Shown piece after piece: positions 30,713 through 38,094 of a DNA stretch of 38,094 bases (position 1 is the stretch's first letter; each line of letters opens with the position of its first letter). The position numbers and the translations under genes are program-made. Source of the stretch: Bdellovibrionota bacterium (GTDB taxonomy: Bacteria; Bdellovibrionota_C; UBA2361; JBIKWN01); NCBI GenBank assembly GCA_044356295.1, contig JBIKWN010000019.1:1-38094 (forward strand), written 5' to 3'. Under the pieces are notes generated by a model. The model was not told where the DNA came from and ran no database searches. It saw only the letters and a list, made by a program, of their open reading frames with translations.

Positions 30713-32878
30713 TTAGGATTCCCTTACTGAATGTTGTTTGCCAAAAACTCCAGCTATATGAAAGCGCTGACCTGCATTAAATTCTTTCACACTCATTACG
30801 GTGACACCACGTCCTAATCGTACATTCTCTAGCAGCAACCGAAATGCCATTCTTGCCTCTTCAGAACAGATAAACATACATGCCGCAGCACCACGATTTC
30901 TTAGACGTTGGACTACGAGTGAATTCCACTGTTCCATGAAGAGGTTTAAGACACTATCTTCAAGGTTGATAGAACGTTGTAGATCATCGTTTTGGGCTAA
31001 CTCTAATGATTTAGTAAATTCTTCTGAAAGAACAAAAGCCATCGGTGTTATGCCAGCATCTTCAATTGATGGAATAAGACGACGACTTAATTTTCTTCTC
31101 ACATGATCAAGGAGAGGTTTAATGGCAACATCTGTATCTTCTGCAGCTGAAATTTTATTTGTAATACAAATTTCAGAGACTGTTTGCAGTATAAGTTGCA
31201 AGTTTGTTATGGGTAATAATTCTCTCACCATTGAACATAAAAGTTGATGTAGTTTTGGTGGAGAGATAAAAAAACGAACCATTGTTTCTGAACGCAATCC
31301 TGCTGCTTGTTGTTCAAAATGTTTCATTTCATCAAGCACGCTCGAAAACGGAATTAACGATTCCGGATGTTCCAATAGCTCTGCAGTAGCCTGCAGTAAT
31401 GTAAGCTCAAGTGTATCAAAACCCCTGAGAGATAATCCTTGTAGTAAACGAGTAGTTTCTGGGCTGGATGTTACTTCAGTTAAAGCAGTACCCCAAAGTG
31501 GGTGTATCATCTCAGTTGCTAGAACTTCAAAGCCAAGTGCACGAGCTTCATTTCTTCTGAGTGGAATAAAAATCACATCGAGCGAACAAAGTGCAGTTAT
31601 AGATCGAATATCCTGACTCTTAATCTGAATTTGAAGTGGTGATAATTGATCAAATCGCTCACAGTATATATTTGGAATGATAACTCCGAGGGATTCTTTT
31701 ATTCGTAATCGAAAATCCTCCCATCCAGAATTTAAAAAGTCGAATCGATGCTTCAATAAATCATATGCGTGAACCCCAAGAAGTATTCTGAGCGGCTGAA
31801 TTGATTCTTGATTAACGTGATCCTGTATTAATGCTTGTTTGTTCGTGCTTCGACGATCTTCAACTAATTTAGATTCAGGAGTAGCGAAAGGAAGTCGTAG
31901 AAGTGGCTGTGTGCTTATGACATCTCCTTCTTGATTATGAACTATTGTCGGTTTGACGAATAAACCAAATCCCAAGAAAAATATTCCAACTCCAAAAAAA
32001 GGTAGAAAAGGGATTCCAGGAAATAATCCCAGCGTCATCAAAAGTCCCCCTGTTGCAACTATCGCAAGTGGATTTGCAAAAAGTTGCTGTGATAAGTCGC
32101 TTCCTAAGGTTAAACCGTCATTGCTGCTCACTCTCGTGACAACAATACCAGCACAGATTGAGATAAGAAGTGCAGGTATTTGGCTAACAAGTCCATCACC
32201 AACAGTAAGAATAGTATATGTTTGGGCGGCAGCACCTATCTCCATACCACGGGAAATCCCAAGATACAGTCCACCAATAATATTCACAAAGATAATAATA
32301 ATTCCGGCGATAGCATCACCTTGGACGAATTTCATAGATCCATCCATTGCTCCGAATAATTGAGACTCTTTTCGAAGCTCTTCCCGTTTTGTTCGAGCCA
32401 TTTCAGCAGTAATGAGTCCTGCGCGAAGATCTGAATCGATACTTGCTTGTTTTCCAGGTAATGCATCAAGTACAAATCGAGCAGCTACTTCACTAACTCT
32501 CGCAGCTCCCTTTGCAATCACAAGAAAGTTTACAATCGTAACAATGACAAAAATAACAAGCCCAACAAAAAGTTCACCTCGTATAAGAAATGTTCCAAAA
32601 GCATGGATTACGACACCCGCATCGGCTTGACTCAGTATCAACCTTGAAGACGCAACGTTTAAAGAAAGTCGAAACAATGTTGTCAATAACAGCATTGTTG
32701 GAAAAGACAAAAGACTAAGGCTCGAGGGCATATAAAGCCCCAAAAGTAACAGGAGCAGTGAAATTGAAATGTTGAGAACAATAAGTAAATCAATCGCAAT
32801 AGTAGGCAGAGGAACAACCAACATTGAAATGATGGCAAGCACCAATGCAGCAAGTACTATGTCTCCAGTTCGTCTCAT
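30713..32878 (-). CDS. sctV: SctV/FlhA (FHIPEP) family type III export gate protein, non-flagellar-like
   Basis: FPTMLLLTTLFRLSLNVASSRLIL, RVSEVAARFVLDALPGKQASIDSDLRAG, ESQLFGAMDGSMKFVQGDAIAG, LTVGDGLVSQIPALL, VVTRV; divergent cytoplasmic domain. Confidence 0.85.
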   Translation of the reverse strand: MRRTGDIVLAALVLAIISMLVVPLPTIAIDLLIVLNISISLLLLLLGLYMPSSLSLLSFPTMLLLTTLFRLSLNVASSRLILSQADAGVVIHAFGTFLIRGELFVGLVIFVIVTIVNFLVIAKGAARVSEVAARFVLDALPGKQASIDSDLRAGLITAEMARTKREELRKESQLFGAMDGSMKFVQGDAIAGIIIIFVNIIGGLYLGISRGMEIGAAAQTYTILTVGDGLVSQIPALLISICAGIVVTRVSSNDGLTLGSDLSQQLFANPLAIVATGGLLMTLGLFPGIPFLPFFGVGIFFLGFGLFVKPTIVHNQEGDVISTQPLLRLPFATPESKLVEDRRSTNKQALIQDHVNQESIQPLRILLGVHAYDLLKHRFDFLNSGWEDFRLRIKESLGVIIPNIYCERFDQLSPLQIQIKSQDIRSITALCSLDVIFIPLRRNEARALGFEVLATEMIHPLWGTALTEVTSSPETTRLLQGLSLRGFDTLELTLLQATAELLEHPESLIPFSSVLDEMKHFEQQAAGLRSETMVRFFISPPKLHQLLCSMVRELLPITNLQLILQTVSEICITNKISAAEDTDVAIKPLLDHVRRKLSRRLIPSIEDAGITPMAFVLSEEFTKSLELAQNDDLQRSINLEDSVLNLFMEQWNSLVVQRLRNRGAAACMFICSEEARMAFRLLLENVRLGRGVTVMSVKEFNAGQRFHIAGVFGKQHSVRES

Positions 32879-32884
32879 CTCTTT

Positions 32885-33778
32885 TTACACAAATGCTTTC
32901 ATCATCTGCATGCCGATACAAGTAAGCAAGATTAAAAGAAAGCCCATAAATACCATAGCTACCGGACCAGTCGCTTCAAGTTCAAGTTTTTTAATTTTTG
33001 CTTCAATTTTAGTTTCTCGTTGTGATGAAACTGCATCTGCCATTTCTTGAAGTTGTTTCGTAATTTCTCCACCATGCTTAAGTACCTGCGCCATAGCACC
33101 AAACGTTTGACCAAGCTCTAAATGTCCACTTCGTTTAGCTACTTCATTAAGTGCTGTTTCTAATGAAAGTCCAGAACGAGCAAGCGTTGTAACCATCCTC
33201 AGATATTCTGTTACAACATTATGAGAATCACGTTCATCTGCCATTGATACAACTTTTTGTAGACATGGACCGATGTCAAGTGAACTACTAACACCGATTG
33301 CAACTTGTTCAACTACAAGAGGAAGATAGAACATAATATCTTCAGATCGAGCCGCAATTTTTCTTTCAAGCATTGATTTTGGGATTTGAAGACCTACCAA
33401 TAGTCCCATGACAGCACCCATCAAAATATACTGTCCACCAGCAAATGTACCTCCATACCCGAGTACAATTGCACCGATAATTGGGGCAAAAGTCTTTAGA
33501 CGATAAAACTTTTTTCGACCTTCAGGAGTAATAATCCCTGCTTGAAATAAGAGACCTTCCTCAGTCGGTTTTTCTTTTACTTTTTTCTTCTTCTTTAATA
33601 ACTCATCTTTTGTTTTCTGGAATACGTCCTCTGTCTTATTAAAGTCACCAATTCCTTCACGTTGAGCTTTAATAATATTTTTTACCTCTGAGTTCTTACT
33701 CAGATAGAAAAATAGGAATCCTGCTCCTCCGGTGAGGAGAATTCCAAAAGCTACAATTAAGACTGTTATGCTATTCAT
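32885..33778 (-). CDS. tadC: Tad pilus inner-membrane platform protein TadC (T2SS-F domain)
   Basis: N-terminal TMs; T2SSF-like region (LPLVVEQVAIGVSSSL...GLSLETAL...HGGEITKQLQEMAD...EAKIKKL...GPVAMVF); directly after tadB. Confidence 0.85.
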   Translation of the reverse strand: MNSITVLIVAFGILLTGGAGFLFFYLSKNSEVKNIIKAQREGIGDFNKTEDVFQKTKDELLKKKKKVKEKPTEEGLLFQAGIITPEGRKKFYRLKTFAPIIGAIVLGYGGTFAGGQYILMGAVMGLLVGLQIPKSMLERKIAARSEDIMFYLPLVVEQVAIGVSSSLDIGPCLQKVVSMADERDSHNVVTEYLRMVTTLARSGLSLETALNEVAKRSGHLELGQTFGAMAQVLKHGGEITKQLQEMADAVSSQRETKIEAKIKKLELEATGPVAMVFMGFLLILLTCIGMQMMKAFV

Positions 33779-33797
33779 AATCTATTTATTACTGAAA

Positions 33798-34763
33798 TCA
33801 ACATCTAATTTTGGAAACTTTACTCACCCAAAACATACCCATAAACATTACAAAAATTCCAAACTGCCAAACCTGCCAACCCATAGGATTAGATACTGAT
33901 TCAGTAATAAATTTAGGCAGAATAAAATAAATAAAACTCATTAAACCGACTTGGATTGCGACAATAAACCAAATAGAGCCTCGCTGAAGTCCAATAGCTG
34001 CAACGGCTTGTGAGCGAAAATATTGTCTTCTTCTGACTTGTTTTGAAAGACGTTCAAGAGTGTCCGACAGGGTTCCCCCTACTCTCATACTTAAAAGAAG
34101 TGCTTGTACAAAAAGTTCAATTTCAGGGTGTGCAACATCTGAACCAAATGCACCCACTGATTTGTCCTCTGGTGCTCCTGCTCGAATTCTTTCAAGCATT
34201 AATTCAACTTCAAATCGTACTAAAGAATCAGATTCAAGCGAGGCTGATGCAGTTCCGAGCGCTTGTAATGGATTCATACCAGTTCTTAAAAGCCCTACAA
34301 GTGAAAGTAAAAATGGAGCATAATCTCGGTCGAATTGCTTGAATCGTTTGCTCATTGATCGTGCAACCAATGTGGCCATGATCCCAGAACCACTAAATAA
34401 AGAGATCGTCCACCAAAGAAAATTTAATTTAAGTAACGCAATCATAAAAAAGAATGCTGTAATGAGCGCGCAATAAATTTTATACGTTCTCGGGGTCATC
34501 TTCCACTGAGCATAGGTGAGTTTTTTTTCAAGTGTCAGCTCGGAACTAGACATCTTTAATTGTCCGCCCTCAATGCCAGAACGTGCCATTCGTGCAACTG
34601 GATCTTCAAAATCATCAGCCATACCACCACGATTATTTTTTAATCCTTGGAATCGGGTTGCTATATCTCCACCCCGAATATACGGCCAAGCAAAAATTCC
34701 AGCCACGCTCAGTAGAGACATAATTCCAATAGCGATGAGTAAAAAGATTACAGGCTCATTCAT
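33798..34763 (-). CDS. tadB: Tad pilus inner-membrane platform protein TadB (T2SS-F domain)
   Basis: F...FLLSLVGLLRTG.NPLQAL, VGGTLSDTLERLSKQVRRR, AAIGLQRGS, NPMG, KVSKIR C-terminus; follows cpaF. Confidence 0.87.
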   Translation of the reverse strand: MNEPVIFLLIAIGIMSLLSVAGIFAWPYIRGGDIATRFQGLKNNRGGMADDFEDPVARMARSGIEGGQLKMSSSELTLEKKLTYAQWKMTPRTYKIYCALITAFFFMIALLKLNFLWWTISLFSGSGIMATLVARSMSKRFKQFDRDYAPFLLSLVGLLRTGMNPLQALGTASASLESDSLVRFEVELMLERIRAGAPEDKSVGAFGSDVAHPEIELFVQALLLSMRVGGTLSDTLERLSKQVRRRQYFRSQAVAAIGLQRGSIWFIVAIQVGLMSFIYFILPKFITESVSNPMGWQVWQFGIFVMFMGMFWVSKVSKIRC

Positions 34764-34769
34764 TGTAAA

Positions 34770-36263
34770 CTACCTTTTCCCAGAAGTTGGATACGGAGTA
34801 TTGAATGTAAAATCTTGAGGCCATTCGCCTAGAAAAATATTGTTATCGGCTAATATTTTTTCGAATCCACTCGACCATGACTCAATTTTCCACATTGGCT
34901 TCTCACCTGACTGCGACAAACGGAACATAGGACGAACTTGAATAACACCTTCAACAAAGTGTCCAACTTCAATAATTTCAGCAATTCGAGGTCTCCCCGT
35001 CACTTTATCCCGAACCAACCAAACAATTGAATCAACAGCGAGAGCTATCTGTTGTCGAATAATATCGATCGCCACAGATTTCTGTGCACGACCAAGTAAG
35101 CTTTCTAGACGCACTAAGGTTTCGCGCGCACTTCTTGCGTGGAGTGTTGTCATCCCTGTATGTCCAGTTTGTGCACTTTCAAGAAATGCTTCAGCTGCAA
35201 AAGGAGTTCTCATCTCACCTAAGATAACTCTTGTTGGAGTCATTCGAAGAGTAGTTTTAATATGTTCCTGAAGTGTTACTTCGCCCACTCCTTCAGAGTT
35301 AGCAGGTCTCGAGACAAGTGATCGGAAAAATGGATGTTGAAAATTAACCTCTGGAGTATCTTCTACAGCAACAATTGATTCATCATTTCCAAATTGGGTT
35401 CCTAAACATTTGAGAAGTGTTGTTTTTCCAGTACCCGTCTCACCAGCAATCATCATTGTTGCGTGTCCAGAACGGGTTAAGGCAGCAAGATAATCTACAA
35501 TTAATGGTGGTGCCACTTGATAGGTTACTAGATTTTCTAAAGCAACTTCAGTCATTCGTGGAACACGAACACATAACAGTGGTCCTCGAGCGCCACAAAC
35601 ACTTTGATGTACCGCACATACACGAGTTCCATTTGAGAAAGCACCATCAACAGTATGCTGCTGTGTTGTTAAAGACTTTCCTAGACGGAGCAATAATCTA
35701 TCCAAAAATGAAACATATGATTGCTCATTAGGCCAATGAAGACTCGTTAGTTCACTAACTTTACCCCGTTGCAATACAACTGTTTGGTAATCATATACAT
35801 GGATATCAGTTACTTCTCTGTTTTCAATAAGAGGTTGCAGCACTCCCCAACCCATGAGATCTCGTTGGAGATGGATAATGATATGTGCTCGTTCAATATC
35901 ATCAATGACGTCATTTCTTTTTCTTATAACTTTATCAACGGCTGCTGCAATAGTAGCCTCATCGCCAGAACCACCACCCGCAAGTACGTTTACGTCTCCT
36001 CCGATCTCTGTTCGAGCATCACGCATAATTGCTTGCGCAGTAGAAGAAAGCTGATTTTGTTTTTTGTGCACACCACCAGATCGGTGTTGTGTTTCAGTTG
36101 ATGATTTTGAAGTTAAATTATTTGCATTTTGAGAAACGACCGAGACTTCCCCAGTGGATTGAGGCAAAGCCTTTTGATCTCCACCTCCTGGAGATTTGTT
36201 TTTATTCCCTCGAGTAGAAAAGAGTCCTAGAAGATTCTCTTTATCTTTATTATTGTCCACCAT
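34770..36263 (-). CDS. cpaF: Tad pilus ATPase CpaF/TadA
   Basis: GWGVLQPL, VTDIHV, Walker A GETGTGKTT, VEDTPE, LRMTPTRVILGEMR, His box TGHTGMTTLHA; low-complexity N-terminal extension. Confidence 0.93.
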   Translation of the reverse strand: MVDNNKDKENLLGLFSTRGNKNKSPGGGDQKALPQSTGEVSVVSQNANNLTSKSSTETQHRSGGVHKKQNQLSSTAQAIMRDARTEIGGDVNVLAGGGSGDEATIAAAVDKVIRKRNDVIDDIERAHIIIHLQRDLMGWGVLQPLIENREVTDIHVYDYQTVVLQRGKVSELTSLHWPNEQSYVSFLDRLLLRLGKSLTTQQHTVDGAFSNGTRVCAVHQSVCGARGPLLCVRVPRMTEVALENLVTYQVAPPLIVDYLAALTRSGHATMMIAGETGTGKTTLLKCLGTQFGNDESIVAVEDTPEVNFQHPFFRSLVSRPANSEGVGEVTLQEHIKTTLRMTPTRVILGEMRTPFAAEAFLESAQTGHTGMTTLHARSARETLVRLESLLGRAQKSVAIDIIRQQIALAVDSIVWLVRDKVTGRPRIAEIIEVGHFVEGVIQVRPMFRLSQSGEKPMWKIESWSSGFEKILADNNIFLGEWPQDFTFNTPYPTSGKR

Positions 36264-36404
36264 ATTTAGAGATTACGGCTAAATGACTAGTAAACGTAAG
36301 GAATAATTTAATATTCTTTGCCGCAAAAATAATAACAATATTTTATTTTATTATTTTTGACTTAATCTATGTAAAAAACGAAGTTTGATAAAAACACAAG
36401 AAAT

Positions 36405-36430
36405 AAAAAAGGAGCCCGATAAGGCTCCTT
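36405..36430 (-). terminator. Intrinsic terminator downstream of the flp pilin gene
   Basis: Minus strand AAGGAGCC-ttatcg-GGCTCC-TTTTTT, about 70 bp after the flp stop. Confidence 0.8.
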
Positions 36431-36500
36431 AAGTCGCTTAAAATAACTAAGATAAAACTTAATCAAATTAAGCAACCAGTTAGTTAACTGATAGTAACTA

Positions 36501-36665
36501 TTAGTTAGTAACTCCAGAGTTAATTTGTGAGAAGCTTGAAGAAACGCTAGTTCCTAAAGCTCTAACAGCAACAATTGCAACAATTGCAATCAATGCTACA
36601 AGAAGTGCGTACTCAACCAAGCTCGCACCTTTTTCTTTTTTCTGAGATATTTGTTTATTGTTCAT
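36501..36665 (-). CDS. flp: Flp/Fap (type IVc) major pilin, 54 aa, absent from the supplied ORF track
   Basis: Hand translation: MNNKQISQKKEKG|ASLVEYALLVALIAIVAIVAVRALGTSVSSSFSQINSGVTN. Prepilin G|xxxxEY Flp motif followed by a hydrophobic helix. Confidence 0.95.
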   Translation of the reverse strand: MNNKQISQKKEKGASLVEYALLVALIAIVAIVAVRALGTSVSSSFSQINSGVTN

Positions 36666-36808
36666 ACTGACCTTTAATACAAGTTTATGTTAATAATCTT
36701 TTCCGACCTACTAGACCTTCAAAGCATTCACCAATTAAGGTCACTCCAAGAAGAATGTCCCCTAGGGTGATCTAAACCTAAGATGCCACCTCTTGTCACT
36801 AGGATTTT

Positions 36809-38062
36809 TTACTTTTTTGAAGATCCACCAAAAATTCTTGAAAAAATACCAGTATTTGCAGTAGGAGTACTAGAGGAACCTCCTGCAAATTCTGTTTTTA
36901 CCTCTCCAACAAGACCGAGTTCCCGAGCAATCTTTTCAAGCGTAAGGCGGGTTGCCTTCTGCCCAAGACTATAAATAGTCCTACCACTACCTGGCCAAAG
37001 GTTACCTTTCTGGTCATAAGGAATCTGTGGCAAGCGCCAAGGAAGGTCTCCTAATCGGTGTGCTGGTTCTAATTCAGCGGCAATCTGATCGATGCTCAGC
37101 GCAGCTCCAGAGATTGGATTAACAAGGAAAACTATCTTATCTGCTGAACCAACAAGGGTCTTTACGAAACTTAAATACAGGTCAACCGCTGTTAATCCTA
37201 ATATTGAAGCATCAATAACAATAAGAACTATATCAGCTGCCCGAAGAACTCCTCCTGTTGCCGGACCCATTCGTCCCGCAGTATCAACAAGAATCACATC
37301 ATACATCACTCGAGACAGCTCAAGAATACGCTGTGCAAGTCCAAGTCCATCGGTATGACACACTAAGTCCATAGACTCAGCCATCCGATCTGGAGGCATT
37401 AATACCGACACATCACTGCTAATAGGAATTAGTGCATCTTTCAATGAATCTCTTGATATCTCACGAGAACCATTGACCCAAGCGCTGACTACTTTTGCCT
37501 CTACTCCGTTAACTGTTAACGCACGGGATAAGTCACGAGTTTCAACATCCATATCCCACATCATGGTTCGTTGGTTGAAAACGCTACATACTTCAGCAAG
37601 TGCTGCCGTCATCGACGTTGCACCGACACCACCTTTAGCATGGGCAATCGCAACTACTTTACCAACTCGCGTTCTTCCTTCACGCCGAAACTCAGCATGA
37701 ATTGCTACAAGGTCTTGTAGGAAATCAAGTGGACTAGAAGAATCCGTGAAAACTTTTCTTACACCTACAGAATGAGCAGCACGGAATGCTCCTCCACCAT
37801 ACGCTTCATCGGTTACAAACATTATGATTTGTATCCAAGGAGCCAACGTGTGACATTGTCTGGCAATAAGAGTAGACCGTTCACCTAATCCTGAACCAAG
37901 CACTACAACATCTGCTTCCGTTAAACGATCAGCATAGTCTCGTTCATTAACAAGCTTCACTTTGAGATCAAGCATCTCAATATCACTTTGCGAAAAAGCT
38001 TCTACTCTTTTTGCGCAAAATGCCTGTGTCTCTGTGTTGACATCAATAATGAGGAGCTTCAC
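36809..38062 (-). CDS. cpaE: CpaE/TadZ-like pilus localisation protein (atypical receiver domain plus MinD/ParA-like ATPase)
   Basis: Receiver-like N-terminus (MKLLIID...ADVVVL), GKVVAIAHAKGGVGATS deviant Walker A, YDVILVD, QIPYD; Tad context. Confidence 0.85.
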   Translation of the reverse strand: MKLLIIDVNTETQAFCAKRVEAFSQSDIEMLDLKVKLVNERDYADRLTEADVVVLGSGLGERSTLIARQCHTLAPWIQIIMFVTDEAYGGGAFRAAHSVGVRKVFTDSSSPLDFLQDLVAIHAEFRREGRTRVGKVVAIAHAKGGVGATSMTAALAEVCSVFNQRTMMWDMDVETRDLSRALTVNGVEAKVVSAWVNGSREISRDSLKDALIPISSDVSVLMPPDRMAESMDLVCHTDGLGLAQRILELSRVMYDVILVDTAGRMGPATGGVLRAADIVLIVIDASILGLTAVDLYLSFVKTLVGSADKIVFLVNPISGAALSIDQIAAELEPAHRLGDLPWRLPQIPYDQKGNLWPGSGRTIYSLGQKATRLTLEKIARELGLVGEVKTEFAGGSSSTPTANTGIFSRIFGGSSKK

Positions 38063-38094
38063 TGGTCCTCCAATAAGTCGAAAGATAATGCATG

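Noticed and set aside
30713..32878. Calling the FHIPEP gene flagellar flhA
   Set aside because: Diagnostic motifs look SctV-like and there are no flagellar neighbours (flhB, flhF, fliA).
36666..36808. Sigma-54 promoter or c-di-GMP riboswitch upstream of flp
   Set aside because: TGGCAT is present on the minus strand but the -12 GC is missing, and no riboswitch consensus could be matched.

Overview
Bacterial chromosomal window with three blocks. (1) 1-17550, a defence/accessory region downstream of tRNA-Val(TAC). It holds a WYL-domain regulator, a small exported protein, a complete type I-E CRISPR-Cas operon (cas3-cas8e-cas11-cas7-cas5-cas6e-cas1-cas2, minus strand) and a 68-repeat/67-spacer array. 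Beyond the array lie DUF3592-like, PhzF-family and 5'-truncated PP2C-like genes. (2) 17551-27601, a housekeeping block: tig-clpP-clpX-[CPA2 antiporter, Ogg2-type glycosylase]-lon-GT87-tRNA-Val, with a divergent tRNA-Leu(TAG) followed by 60-bp tandem repeats and a 22-bp inverted repeat. (3) 27939-38062, a Tad/Flp pilus locus (cpaE-like, an flp pilin missed by the ORF track, cpaF/tadA, tadB, tadC). It runs with gaps of only 3-19 bp into a non-flagellar-type SctV (T3SS export gate) homologue, a pseudokinase-TM-helical-repeat protein and a CxxS thioredoxin lipoprotein. This apparent Tad-SctV-pseudokinase operon is the best candidate for an undescribed system; it recalls, but is organised differently from, the Tad-like Kil plus needleless T3SS prey-killing machinery of Myxococcus. 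The array also contains two pairs of spacers that hit the same locus in related invaders and one 'slipped' spacer that hints at the PAM. All calls come from reading motifs by eye; no database search was run. A deltaproteobacteria/Bdellovibrionota-like host is only a guess.
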